Origin: Tubiluchus corallicola
Lineage: Eukaryota; Animalia; Priapulida
Assembly: GCA_030141605.1 (NCBI GenBank)
Contig: JAQGDQ010000623.1
Span: 1-64,000 of the forward strand
DNA: 64,000 nucleotides
Direction: 5' to 3'
Shown piece by piece: positions 1 through 13,499 of the stretch; position 1 is the stretch's first letter, and each line of letters opens with the position of its first letter. The position numbers were made by a program, and so were the translations under genes. Under the pieces are notes generated by a model. That model made no database searches, was not told the DNA's origin, and saw only the letters and a list, made by a program, of their open reading frames with translations.

Positions 1-1882
1 CTGCAATATGCAACTCGGTATTACGTAATGTTACTGATTGTGGCAGGCCCGGAACATAGGTCATTATCAACGTTATTTCTCCAACGAAACATTTGACCGG
101 AGGGGTGCCTCTGCTTCGTCCAGAATTGCATGCAAAAAGTAACTGAAACAATACGACAGGTAAAATCACCCAGGGATGTTTTTCTTTGGTCACCCATTTA
201 TACACTGGCGGACGTTTGACAGTGCTTAACTTTGATTGTTCAATTGTTAAGCATACACTGTGACCACTCATCTGTATTACTTATAGCAAGGCCTTATGTA
301 GGCCATTAAAAAGAGTCAGCGCCTGTCGCCCATCCACATACTAACACAGGCTCAACGTTGGCTAACTTCAATGGCTAAGCACGACCTGCAACCATTCAGT
401 TATTCCCTTTTTCTAAGACCATCCATTCCATTAGACAGACGAGACAGTCCATTAAACAAAACCAGTTACAAGAACTGATTTCCAACAAAGATTTTGCATA
501 TTGCATATCGATCACATGGTGTTCGCTAATCGATCACATCACATTCATCTGCAGCCTTTTCCCTGCCATTAGCTCTCGACCTAATTGCGTCTGCTTTCGT
601 CCATTCAACGAGCCCCAGAATTCTGCCTCGGATACCCATATCATGACACAGCCAATCCATAATCGCGCTCTTCTCATCGGCAGGAGTTCATCAGCATCAG
701 CACCAGTAGCAGCTAGGGGTGTCAGCTACTATGGCGAATGTAAGCAAACAGAAGCCAGCCGCCTGCCGAATAAATCTGGGTCATCAGAGGAGCGAAAGAA
801 AAGGAAACTCGAAATTGAGGCGTCACAACATTCACTGGCGCGGAGATTCACTAATCTGCATTGCTGAGACGTGTATATAAAACTGTCAACTCAATGTGCA
901 GATGTGGTTTGCAGTTCATTCGAAATCTGCACTTGTGTGGGCAAGGAAATAAGGGGGAGAGCTGATACCGAATTAAAGTTTGCCCGCAATTATTAAGTCT
1001 GTTAGCTTTTACAATCAAAGAATCAAACAACACAATCATTAGCAAGTTACGAGGAATTATATTATAATAACTATACTAGCAGGTACAATCACAGAATCAA
1101 ATAACATAATTATTATCAATACTAAAATACCACTATACTAAAACACAGCAGAACAATTAGCCTGGATAGCCCACAGATCTAAATGTTCAAGGTAGACCTG
1201 TCTTACACAGCTTAAATACAGAAAACTAGAACACTATTAGTGTAAAAGGTCATTCAGAAGCAAATAAGTACAGTAAGATTAGAGGGAAATCTAAGCTATT
1301 TTAATGTTATAACAAGCCTACAAAGGAGGGAATGAGATGAAAAAATTATGAAAGAGAGATGAGCAAGAAGACAAACAATGTAATTATTCACAAGTCAAGT
1401 TAATCAAACGCGAAGTAATTATGAGACGAACTTCGCGACAACTTGCCTTCGAACTACGGTGATATTACTGTCGCATAAGAAATATTTTGAATGCACCTGG
1501 TCAGAATGCACCCAATGCAATGCAATTATAATCATTGCATTTTGGATAAGTGAAGATGTTTCTCATGCAGATGTTGCATCGTTATTCTTTAGAGGAGCGT
1601 GTAGATTTTAAACGAATTGCAAACAACATAAAACATACAATATGTATATAAATTATTTTAATGCAACTTTTATACATGTATATACCACGTATATACACAT
1701 ACATATAATATATTTAGCTGACTGCTAAATATTCATATCACAGGAATGTATATACAAGGATATTATACCAACTATATACATATATCCTCTTAGCTGACAA
1801 TTTAATATAAATATTATATATATATTACAGTATATATATATGAAAGGTTCTTTACTGCATCTGTTATACATATTCAAGTATT

Positions 1883-1885
<3 letters not shown>

Positions 1886-1961
<76 letters not shown>

Positions 1962-2070
1962 TACACCTACACCTACACCTACACTTACACTTACACCTAC
2001 ACCTACACATACACATACACATACACCTACACCTACACCTACACCTACACTTACACTTACACTTACACTT
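1886..2070. repeat. Compound hexamer microsatellite (CATATA > CATACA > CCTACA > CTTACA)
   Basis: Direct reading. Confidence 0.95.
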
Positions 2071-2799
2071 ATAGCATGTATACATATTATAAAACCTGCA
2101 AAAGTCAAGATTTTTTGTCATATTGTATCTCCTTCTGTAAAAACTGAGGCTTCGATCTTTTTCATCATTAGTTTAAGCATAATTGATTATAGGACTGACA
2201 GAAATCGAAATCCACAAGTCTACAAAATCCCCAAATCCAGATCCACATTTTTCATCATTCTGTGAAATCGATCTGCGACAGATAAAATCATTCAACTCAA
2301 AGAGAGACAACTTGTCAAATGGCAACAAACAACCTCCTTGGGGGAATCTTGCAATTTAAGCAAAGTACAGCTATTCGGGTTTTACAGTTAGAGTCTGTCT
2401 CTAACAGATGCCGGGGGCGGCAAAGAAAAAATGGTGACATTGAGAAGAGACGTGTTTGAAAGCAGCAAACGAATTGATTCATTCCAGACTGCCAGGCCAA
2501 GGATTCTTCCAGACTTAAGCGAAATCCCATTTCAGCTCTCTCAGCAGGGTTTCATTGGGCACAGGAGGATTCCTGAAAGTGTTTCGTTTTCTCTGTGCTC
2601 TCTTTGTGCCTTTTATTGCACAATAAAGTTACAGTAGAGTAGCTGCATTAGGGTTTCTCTCTTCTTTTCATTACCCACCGTTTTGCCATTTTGTCATTTT
2701 GCTAGCCAAATAGACCTAGACCTATTGTAGTTCCAAATTCCTAGACTATTCCTAGACCTATTGTAGTTTTCTTGAAGGTCACCTTCGATAGGATTCTTC

Positions 2800-3560
2800 T
2801 CTTTGTTTTTATTTTCTTACTACATTAGATTGAATTTGGTAAAGACATTACGGTTGATTGAATTTTCTCTTTTTTGTTCTTTTTATTACCGAATAGCTTT
2901 CTGCAATACGTTGCATTTCTGTTCTTTCAAAAAATGCACTAGCTTGGTACATTGCATCTGACTTGTTCTTTTTATCATTCACTAACTTGCGAGGGTAGAT
3001 TGAATCTGCTTTGTTTTTTTAATCTCTAGTTTGCTACAGTCATTTTTACAGTACCAGCGATTGATGGCGATCGTGAAAAGATCAAAGGTTAAATGTACGA
3101 CACAGCACATTTGTGTACACTTGACAACGCCTCGTAGCCCATGCTAATGCAATAGTAGCAGTTTTAACAGCTAGCTAGAACCTTACCTAGTTCTTTTTTC
3201 TTGCTCCCAAGCAAGATTCTGGTAGTAAATCACTCTAAGCACAGACTGATGCATAATTAAATAAAGTCTACAAACATATTTGATATTTGTTCTTTTTATT
3301 GCTCAGTAATTTGATACAGTCAATTGATTTAATTCTGGTCCTTTTTATTGCTCAGCCAGTCAATTGCACTTAATTTTTGTTCATTTTATTGCTCATTAAC
3401 TTGGTACAGTCAACTACATTTATATATTGTTTTTTTATCACTACTCTCTTGGTACAGTCAATTGCATTAATTTTTTTGTTCCTTTTATCGCTCAGGAAAT
3501 TAGCTCAGTGAACTGCATTTGACTTGTCTTCTCTTTTAATTAGTCGATTAGCTGGATGCT
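2800..3560. repeat. Degenerate ~50-bp minisatellite interrupted by a family A MITE
   Basis: TTGTTCTTTTTATTGCTCA..GGTACAGTCAATTG units on both sides of 3039-3272. Confidence 0.65.
3039..3272 (+). mobile_element. Family A MITE, partial
   Basis: CCAGCGATTGATG..GTGAAAAGATCAAAGGTTAA..CTAGCTAGAACCTTACCTAGTT. Confidence 0.85.
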
Positions 3561-4070
3561 GTAGGTTAATTAATTTAGTTAGGAAACTTTCTGTAGTCCT
3601 TTTGTTGCTACTTGATACTGTACATGTTGATTATTTTTACAGTTCATTTATTAAATCACTGCAGATGAATAGCAAGCTGCTGACACGCTACAAACTTATG
3701 TTGTTGAACAATAAAAAACACAAAGTGTGTCATGGGTCATCTTGGTTTTTTGATTAACGTATTTAAAAGTTTGTTGAAGGAAAATCCTTCCTGTACTGAA
3801 ACTGAATATTTATTTTGTGTCCACGTTTCTTAGATTATGGTTATGGTATTAATAATTACGTACTAAATATGTGAATATTAAAAATGATATAATAATTAGA
3901 ACTTTGTGTTACATTTATCAGTGATTTAAAAACTTTCATCGTGTACAGGATCGTCCAGAAAAAATGTTCCCGTAAAGTAACTTGTTGCTCTAGAGTTATG
4001 TAAAGGCATTTGTAAAGGGGAGATAAGAAGCCCAGTACCTCGATTCGTCCTTTTTCCAAAGATCTGTGCG

Positions 4071-4275
4071 TTTTTCAAAGTTTCAGCGTTGATGATGATC
4101 GCAAAAAGATTGAAGGTTAACGGTTAAATGTGCCAGCCTTGTGTACACTTGTGTACTTGTGTACGCAGCCCATGCTAGTGTAATGGTAACAGTTTTGACA
4201 GCTAGCTAAAACCTTACCTAGTTAATTTTTCTGAATGCAGCAGACGGCTTTACTTTACCTAAATGTCACGTCACG
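4071..4275 (+). mobile_element. Family A MITE, partial/decayed
   Basis: CAGCGTTGATGATGATCG..GCTAGCTAAAACCTTACCTAGTT. Confidence 0.8.
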
Positions 4276-4398
4276 TTTTCTTCCAAGACCCCCCTCCCCC
4301 CGGGTCTCCTAGCGACGCTTCCTGTGGGTCTTAGATGCTGACATGGGTCTCTTTTAAAAACATGCCTCTACCAAGCATGAAGGGTTACGAGATCAATA

Positions 4399-4720
4399 AG
4401 CATTTTCACAATTTCGTTGTGCGCACGCGCAGTTGCTGAAGGTCAAATGTTACATGTACCACAGCAACGCGTCTGCTGCATCAGCTCGGTAACTTCCGTT
4501 GTTTTAGGTGGACTTTACTTAATTATGCATTAGTGTGCGCGTTGAAGCATCTTACTTGGAAACAAGAAAAAAATGAACTAGGTAAGGTTCTAGCTACCTG
4601 TTAAAGCTGCTTTGGCATTGGCTACGATGCGTTGTCAAGTGTACACAAATGTGTTGTCTGATACGCTTAACCCTTGACCTTTTAACGATCATCATCAATC
4701 GCAGCAACTGTGAAAAGGAT
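4399..4720 (-). mobile_element. Family A MITE with internal deletions, both ends present
   Basis: ta|AGCATTTTCACA...TGTGAAAAGGAT|ta. Confidence 0.85.
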
Positions 4721-5697
4721 TATCTGAAGGACCTTTTTTCTGAACGTCCTCTATGTGCAAGCCTCTGTGTTGCACGCGGTTTAATGCCCTTTAACTTTTC
4801 ACTGTAGAAATAGTTTCCCGTCTACAGTTGACAGTAATTTCTCTAGCATTATATTATTTACACAAAACAACAAATCGAAATTCTCGCAATAAGGTTTCGC
4901 CGCGCTATTTAATTTCAACCGTGCGTATTGATTCGGAACCGGATATAGTTGCGCCAGGCATTGGAAAACAAGTGAACGCGCGTTTGTCTGGTTCCCATAG
5001 GAGCCGTTTATGGACACACTGGCGAAATTATCGCCAGCATTTCGTTTACGATGATAATATTTCTCGCCCAGACGAACTAATTTATTTGGAAATGACTGAG
5101 TTTAATTTCCTGCCGACATTTGCTCAACTTTTAACCCGTGAAACAGCAAACAGGAGAAAAATAAGCACGTTGTTCGACAACTGCGATCTTCTTTCTTTGT
5201 CAGTTTGCCAAATAGAAATATTGATTTTTCACATCTTTACAACTTAAACGGAACAGCCTATAAATCGTTATCGTCGGCATTGTTGTCGTTAATTTTGTTC
5301 AACCATCATCGTCATCGTCTTCTTCTTCTTCTTTTCCTTATCATCATCATCTTCATTGCCATCATCATCTCATCATCATCAACGTCATCATCATCATCAG
5401 TATAATCGTCATTATTGTCGCCATGGCCAGCATCATTATCAATAGCATCATTGTCGTTATTGTCATTGTAAAATAACATGTAACTAGTGGCGCGAAAGCG
5501 AAATTGTGTTTGTGTGGTAATAATTCTTCCGCGTAAGTCATTTTTGAAAAATAGTATGTTTCCTTTCAATATTTTAAAGAGTAGATTGTTTTGACCTACA
5601 GTTTAAGATTGGGTCCGGTTTTGTTTTGCTGGCAAAGTTGTTATAAAGTTTTTTTGATTTCAGTCATGTAAAATATAGTTATTGTTTTCCTTTTCAG

Positions 5698-5793
5698 ACG
5701 TCTTTTTATTCCCTGGGGCTCAAATCTTTTATCACTATATCCACTGTGATCTTGGTAGGACTGATCATAGCATATCATGCTTTAGAAGTGCAG
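5698..5793 (+). CDS. SK: SK/KCNN channel coding exon (S2 helix), 96 nt, phase 0-0
   Basis: ttttcag|ACG...CAG|gtaagt. Translates TSFYSLGLKSFITISTVILVGLIIAYHALEVQ, matching the SK-family S2 segment (..YSxxLKxxISxSTxILxGLIxxYHAxExQ). Too short to appear in the ORF track. Confidence 0.95.
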
Positions 5794-6324
5794 GTAAGTT
5801 ACTGATTTGCAATTTCTCCATCTTGAATAAAAATGAATAGTGATAATGTATACATGATACATGACAGAAAAAGTGAATGATGATAAGGCTTGAAAATAAA
5901 TTTTTTTTCTCAAAATCACAAATGCACTGATTACAAGATTATAGCGCATGCAGCACTATCTATAATCATGAGAACTTACATTGTAATCATATCTTAGTAC
6001 GAAATTAGAGAGTAGTTGGCATCGGTCGCCTTCACACCAATGAGTTCCTATGCATCCTGTATGGCGCCATCTCGAAAAATGCTGGTTAATCATAATGGGG
6101 GAGAATTTTTATTTTTTAACTAAGTCACTTCATTCATAATTTTTTTTCTGGTAAACTAACAGGTGCCAGTCCTGCTACTGCCACGACAGTTAAATAGGCC
6201 AGCAGAATAACCTGGAGTCTGACATTGATTTCCAAAATATGCCTTTTCAACCGCTATTTCTTTTTCCGTGAAATTGCGTAGTCGATCTTCCCGTTAAACA
6301 TAATAGTCGTTTGTTTCACTGTAA

Positions 6325-6553
6325 AAATGTCGCAGAAAAATGTCACAGGGAAAAAGTCACAGAAAAAAAGTGCAGGAAAAAGAAATAACCACAACCCTAA
6401 CCACAAACCTAACTATAATCCTAACCCTAATCCTAACCCTAATCCTAGTCAAAATTATTTGTGACTTTTTTCCTAGATAAAGAATTGTGACTTTTTCCTA
6501 ATGATAATTGTGCCCTTTTCCGTGACTTTTTCTGTGACTATTACCGGTCACCT
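6325..6553. mobile_element. Palindromic MITE-like element with subterminal GTCACAG/GTGACTTT repeats and a central (CCTAAY)n tract
   Basis: AAAAAGTCACAG repeats on the left, TGTGACTTTTT repeats on the right, CCTAACCCTAAT in the centre (~6396-6447). Confidence 0.6.
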
Positions 6554-7014
6554 ATACCAATACGTAACGAGAATAATTGATAGTGCCTTCTCTAGCCAAA
6601 GCAGTACTTTTTTACTTTGCAGTTTATGATTTTTGCTCAGCGTATGCGACCGATGCTTACTACTTCTCGTTCAAATGCACACCCGGTTACATGTATCATT
6701 GCCACAGTTCATCTGGTACAATGCTAGCATGACAAACTAACTGTGTGCTTTTAAATATTGAGTTTTTGTTACCAAATAACTTCATGCAAATCACGCAAGA
6801 CGTGGTGATATGATAAATATGGTTGACGTTTGGGAAATAATTGCAATTTTGATGGCAGTTGTCAGGCTTCTCTAGAGGGAAAAATGGCGAACTGACAAAT
6901 GTGGTTATCATAGGTGCGCAGAATGGAGAATTAGTAAAAGAATTTAAAGCGATTTATGTCATATAAGAGCTTACCAAAATTTTTCATTTATAACAACAAT
7001 TAAGCAGTGTTACG

Positions 7015-7268
7015 AGTGCTACTAAGAGGTATTGCTTAATATTTTTCTGATGAACATTAATAAAAAGGTGAGAAGAAGATGGGACGGAAGCTACATCCTT
7101 GACGAACACCTATATAATGCTAAGGCATCACCATTAAGCGGCATTATTAGTGCTGCTAACGTGATATTTTTCTGATGAAAGTTAAATATAAAGTGAGAAT
7201 AAGATGGGACAAAAACTGCATCCTTGAGGTACACCTATAATATCACAAAATGCTAAGGCATCACTACT
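7015..7268 (-). repeat. Tandem duplication (~130 bp) of a decayed LINE RT fragment
   Basis: Two copies of TTTTCTGATGAA..GTGAGAA.AAGATGGGAC..CATCCTTGA..AATGCTAAGGCATCAC. Minus strand reads GVRQGC and GVPQGC. Confidence 0.7.
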
Positions 7269-8775
7269 ATTGTATTTAATTGCTCTCTAAATGCAACTGC
7301 TAAACTATGCAACTACTATACAGATGCTTACAGAGGGTTGCAGAGTAGTCAACACATTTTCTATATGCATTACCATTTACAGTTATGAAGCTTTGCTCTA
7401 AGTTCATTAGGCAGTGAAACCTGCAAAACGTCAGTCCAATAAAATCAATTTACACTTCTGCTTTAGCTATACTAAAATATTAATTGGCGAATTTTCTGGC
7501 AACGTCATGTATATTGTGTATTATATTACTGAACAGGAAACTGAACGCAAAAATGACGAGCTTGAAACGTGGAAGACACAACTGGCATCAAAACTGCATT
7601 ATTAGACACTTTATTATACAGTTAATAATATGTGATTATTATTAGTGGTGTTATTACCAAAAGTTATGTTGATTTGCAATGTCATCGGCTAAAATAATGG
7701 CTATGACGTGTTTACAATAATTATTGCCAATCATTTGTTTATTTCCATGTCTTTGTTGCAAGGAATGTATGGAAATAATATTGTAAACATGCCATAAGGC
7801 GGCCATACGTTAAATCAAGTTCAAAATTACGTTACACAATACAAATATTCATTGTGGCAGCACAATTATAATATTGATGTATATAGATTGTGTTGTCTCA
7901 TGAACTGGGTGCTCATGCACGTGCTCTCACGCCACACATGACATGGGTGCTTACATTTACACGCATACACATATTCATTTGGCTTTATAGCATCCTACGT
8001 GTACTATCTTGTATTGTAATTTCATTTCTGCAGTAGTTTTCTACTTACGTAACGTATTTAATGTGATTTCTTAGAACATTGTCTGCTTTTATTGTGCGTG
8101 TGTGCGTGTGTTAGTGTGCGGTGTGACGCTAACAACAATCGTTTGCGTTGGATTCCGCAGGAAACAATCATTGTTCTTATTTTCGCATTGTTTCCTTAAA
8201 TTTCAAGCTACGCATTATGGGATTGGACTGGGCGCTAGCAACTGGTGGCGGAACGCCTCAAATCCTAAGTTCTTCTCGCTCTACGACTGACGATCCTGCT
8301 ACGTCAAACTCAGTAAATAGCCTCTCTAACCAACTATTTATAGAGTCTTTAGCAGTAGATTTCGCATGTGTACTAAGAGTGAGTAGCCCAGTTCATGATC
8401 CAGCTTTCGATCAGGTTTGGCTGTATGAAATTTTTGATTTGAATAGAATCTTAGCGAGCATGATCCCGTAGTTATCAGGGCCTGGCATAGAGACCTCTAG
8501 CTGCTTGTTTTTTAATCTAGTTGCTTCATTGTAAAGCTCCGCTTGTAAAACAGCTTCGCCCACATTTCTGGTAGGCAATAGTAAAAATATCTAACTTTGC
8601 CTCTGGCCCTAGTTCTTGAAAAAAATGCTTAGTTTAGCCCAACTTTGAAAACAAATATTAATTTGTAATTAAGCTCGGAGATACTTACACTTATTAGATG
8701 ATGTTGATGATGATAATGATGATGAGAATAGAGACGATGATGATGAAGAAGATGTGATGATGATGATGATGGTGG

Positions 8776-8806
<31 letters not shown>

Positions 8807-9364
8807 AAGCTATTGGGAACTGACAAAACACTGACAAATATCTGCTGAACTGATTGCAATGGTCCACCACGCATAAAATCTTGAATGAAATGAAGTCCAT
8901 AACTTGTCCAAGACGATGTATTTCGACAGTCAAACCTGATCTCGCGAATTCCGTAGACGCACCGTGTTAGATTAATTTTAAGTGTGCTTTTTCTGCGTGC
9001 ACCTTTGTGACTTCTCTTTAGATGAATAGCTTGCATTTTGTTGCATGGTGCACCTTTCTCTAGCCTATTAATACATCTAAAGCAAACTTTTTTCCTCATC
9101 CGGAAGTTTGAAGAATAGAATGCACCCTTTGCTTTTCCTTCACAGGATGAGATAAAAGAGGGCGGATTCAATCAGGAATATGAAATTTAATATCGAAATT
9201 TGTCCCAGATGATAACAATAATAATTACAATTAGGCCTAGTGATAAAATTACTGGTTAATAATAAGAAATTCGGAATTATGTGAGACCGGTCACGCAATG
9301 ACCATTGAAAATTCTGTCCAGTACAGTCCAATATGGTTGGTTACAGTTAATGTGGACATTGGTC

Positions 9365-9998
9365 ACGATCGTTCTTGATTTGTTTCTGGGGAACTTGAGT
9401 TTCAATAATGCAAACAACGCAACGGCTATTGTTGATAACAACGTGGTCCCATTTATCGCTTACGTTTCAATGCAATCTTGCATTGTCATCAGAGCACTTT
9501 TGCAAGCTCAGCTAGAAATACGCGTCAAATTATGAAATAATGAATGCTACTGTCTTAGTACTAGACTTCAGGTAAACACGGCATAAGCTCATAACAACCA
9601 CAAATAGCAATTGCTCTTAAAATGATTATGAGTTGATGACAGTAACTAATAAATGATATTACAAGATCAAGTCCTAGGCAAGTAAGTTTAAAATAATGTG
9701 TGTATTTTGCTTATCAATTGAGGTTTTTGTTTGTGGATTCTAAATTTTTTTAGCTGTTTGTGCTTTGTCTATTTGAATTCTATCACTAAGGCAGTAGCGC
9801 TCATTATATCATAATTTAACGTATATTGCTAACTGCTTTGTGAAAGTGCGCTGATGATGATGCAAATTTGCATCGAAAGGTAAGCAATAAAGAAGTACCA
9901 TGTTGTTATCAACAATAGCCATTGTGTTGCTTGCATCATAATTCGTCCGTGCTTCAGAAATCCACCCAAAGAAACACTGGCAAAACCAAGGACGATTG
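9365..9998. repeat. Degenerate foldback, arms 9365-9559 and 9785-9998
   Basis: GGCTATTGTTGATAACAAC vs GTTGTTATCAACAATAGCC. The two opposite ORFs 9305(+) and 9829(-) share MQ.CI.I.AL.Q text for this reason. Confidence 0.85.
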
Positions 9999-10174
9999 CA
10001 ATCATATAGCTTTTTTCTTCCACCTTAGAAGTCTCAATGTACAGGAAGCGACACGCTACTTACCATAGCCATGTTACTTGAATTGCTAAGCCTTCTGAGT
10101 AGTTGGGGTTATTTCAGTCAGGATAAACCCGTTAATAAAGTGCGATTAGCTTCTCTTGCAATTAATAAATTCAC

Positions 10175-10594
10175 TGTAAAATCGCGATCATTTCACGCCT
10201 GGGCGCGCCCATGTACAATGTCCATTCTTCCACCAATGACGTCATTCGTTGGCTGAAGAAAAGCACTGTCAAAGGTATAAGATTTTTACAACTATTTTTG
10301 TGATATTTTTGCACGAACATTAGGTAAGCTGCAGAAATTTTAATTGGTTTAAGCAGCGCGTGCTTACGGAAAGCCACGATGCGCTTACGAAAAGTCACGA
10401 AGCTCACCACTTACGTCATAATTTTCAAATGAATGGCGGCCTCCACTGCATCTGAAAAGTTCTATACAGATGTTATATAAATTAACATTACGCTTCATAG
10501 ACATTTTTTCTAAATTTCTTTGTCATATTTTTCTAAGTTTAAGTGGCTACAGTAAAATAAACCAAACATGCTTAGTGATTTGTCTTGTCCTTTA
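10175..10594 (+). mobile_element. Family C repeat
   Basis: CATTCTTCCACCAATGACGTCATTC...TGTCCTTTAA. Confidence 0.8.
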
Positions 10595-11119
10595 ATGAAA
10601 ATTTGAATATAAAGGTGACCAATCAGTTAGACATGCACATTCTTGCGTAAGGGAGAGAAACCAATACAGTCACTACAATGTTATTGTTCTTATTCAACCG
10701 TTTCCAAATAGGATGCCATTTCCAGCTGACGGCAACGGTTGCCGCCGGCAAGGAATTGCAAAATTTGAAGTGTTCAGGAATCGTAGAGCGTGAGTAATAA
10801 TTACAGTAGACGTTTCCGTGAAACTGCGTGTCTCAGCCAAGTAATGCCAGAGGGCGTTCTAAGTTTACTCAGTTTATGTAATAAATAACTGTTTGAGTAT
10901 TTCTGGTAATTTATTACTCTACTCAGAGAGATGCAGACTCAGAGACTCAGAGACTTATTTTATCCATACATATCATTTATATCCTGCTTTATCCTGAAAA
11001 TGGGAACTTTAGGGGATGAAGGGGATTCACTGATTTGATTATTTACAAATTGCTTGCTCTTCTGCTCTGTGTCTATATGTACAAAATATTATAGTGCTCC
11101 AAATAGCAAGTTCGGAAAA

Positions 11120-11479
11120 TGAGTTTTCGCAGTTTCGTTGTGCAACACGCGCAGTTGCTGTAGGTCAAAGTGTTCCTCAGCAACGCGTCTTTACTACAAC
11201 CGTCACGTGATTGTGTGGTAAGCACAGGCCGTTTGCAGCATCAGTTCAGTAACTTCAGTTGTTTTACGTGGACTTTACTTACTTATCCATTAGTTTGTGC
11301 GTAGAGTGATTTACTAGCAGGATCTTGCTTGGGAACAAGAAAAAATGAACTAGGTAAGGTTCTAACTAGCTGTTAAAACTGTTACTGTTACAATAACATG
11401 AGCTGCGAGGCGTTGCCTGGTACACTTAACCTCTGACCTTTTCACGATCATCATCAATCGCTGGAACTGTGAAAAGGCT
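11120..11479 (-). mobile_element. Family A MITE
   Basis: Colinear with 39121-39508; ends TGTGAAAAGGCT|ta. Confidence 0.88.
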
Positions 11480-11746
11480 TATTGGTTAGTATAAAATTTT
11501 AGTACTTAGTATACTTTAGTATAAAATTACAGAAAAATCTATAGCTCTAATATCAAACCCAATTTTATGATTTAGACCACTTTAGTGTTGAAATTGGCAA
11601 TTAGTTGAAGAGAAAAGTTAAGCTAATTAATTAGATTAATCACTTTAAATAAGTTGCCACTTTAATAAGGAATGCCGCATATTTTTTGACACGCCTTAAA
11701 AGAAACAACTTTTCTTATACGTCAAACAATACTAGGTTAATCGCGC

Positions 11747-11858
11747 GAGTAGTAGCTCTATAAAGTGATCTATTTCGCCGTGATGCCTGATGACTTCTCG
11801 TTGAGTAGAAGCTCTATAAAGAGATCTATTTCACCGCGATGCCTGATCACTTCTCCTT
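11747..11858. repeat. 56-bp tandem duplication
   Basis: GAGTAGWAGCTCTATAAAGWGATCTATTTCRCCG..ATGCCTGAT occurs twice. Confidence 0.9.
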
Positions 11859-12410
11859 GTTGTTCATCATGTAATAAGATTTAGCCAGTTTTTGTGCGGT
11901 GACGTCACCACAGAGTTACTCAATTTTTTTCCGAAAAAACGGACTCATGGCATAGGTAAATAGTGTTATATTTGAAAACCTAAAAGAACAGCCCAAGCGT
12001 GTTGCTATTTCATTGCTTATCAATGTTAGTTTGTACATTTTGCTTGAGTGTCACCCTGAGCTTTGCATTCGAGGTTGGTTTTTAATTTGTACTTCTGTTC
12101 TTTCCGCTTCTCTTATGGAGGAGACTTTGCAGAGAAATAAGATCGCTAACAGGAAATCTTCTCTTCTCTGATGAATGATTAATGATGAACGATGAGTACT
12201 CTCATCTGATGATTGATATCTGCTTAATCAATGATTCAATACGTTTCATGATCTCCGGCTTTTGATTAGGTAGTTGTAGGTCGTGACTGTCGCTATGTCT
12301 TTGATCTTCTTCATCTTTTGCTGCCACGATGGTTTTGATTAGGAGAAAGTTTTGAAAAATGACTGATTCGCCCCTGGCGCGTTTTATCTTGTAGTGTAAT
12401 GGCAGCAGCG

Positions 12411-12810
12411 GAAACCTTCGCTGAAATATTTAATTTCTTTTTTTCAGTAGTGCCACGCTCGTGCACGCTTTCATTGGAGAAACACGGGATTTTGTTTTTT
12501 TCATTTTCTGCATATAGTTATTTTCAAGAGGTAGTGGAACGCAACAACAGAAACCTTTGCTGAAATGTTTAACTTCTTTTTTTCAGTAGTGCCACGCTCG
12601 TGCACGCTTTCATTGGAGAAACACGGGATTTTGTTTTTTTCATTTTCTGCATATAGTTATTTTCAAGAGGTAGTGGAACACAACAACAGAAACCTTCGCT
12701 GAAATGTTTAACTTCTTTTTTCAGTAGTGCCACACTCGTGCACACTTTCATTGGAAAAACACGGGATTTTGTTTTTCATTTTCTTCTTATAGTTATTTTC
12801 GATAGTAGCG
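12411..12810. repeat. 139-bp tandem repeat, ~2.8 copies
   Basis: GAAACCTTYGCTGAAAT at 12411, 12550 and 12689. Confidence 0.95.
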
Positions 12811-13499
12811 AAAGGTGATGGAACGAATGCGGATTAATTAAATTCTGAACCTAAATTTTGCTGAAGAAAGGATTAGTGTTGTTGTATTCGAGGATGAAAA
12901 TATCTTTGCCATTAGCATCCGTCATAGTTCGGTTGCCAAGTGCTTGTTTGATGTGCAGAAGTAGCAAAGCTTAGCATGAGTGCCAACTTTACGTGCTTCA
13001 CTTGCTGACGGTGGACCGTTAATTTTCCTGCTGAAAGACAAAAATAAAATAAGTAAGCTTCTGTTAAGATTAAAATGGCTAGGAATATCCTTTTCTCTAA
13101 TCATATATAGTTTTAAATGTCACAGATGTGAGAGTAGATAAGTCGGGCCGCAAAAGAAATTTTAGTTGTGCAGGAAGAAGTGAACAAAAATATCGGAGAA
13201 TTTTAGTCAGTGATTATGAACCTTTTTGCCGGGTGTATCCTTTTTGTGTAATCTTTCCAAAGTTGTCTGATTTTTAATACGTTGTCCCCGCGCCATTTTG
13301 TCACACATTGTGACGTAAAATTATAAGGATGGACTCTCTGACATATGGCAAAAAGGTAGGCGGATCAACATGTAAAAAGATCGAACAATCTTGGGTAGAG
13401 AGTATCGTACTCCAACTTGGAAGCCTTGTTTACAAAAAGATCTTGATTTGGTTGAAAATGTTCAGCCATATGTCACTCGCTGACTATTTGCTAGATGCA

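Noticed and set aside
2431-2637. RRDVFESSKRI as the SK pre-S1 motif (RRxLFEKRKR)
   Set aside because: No SDYAL motif or S1 helix follows and no suitable splice sites were found. The S1 exon is probably upstream of the window.
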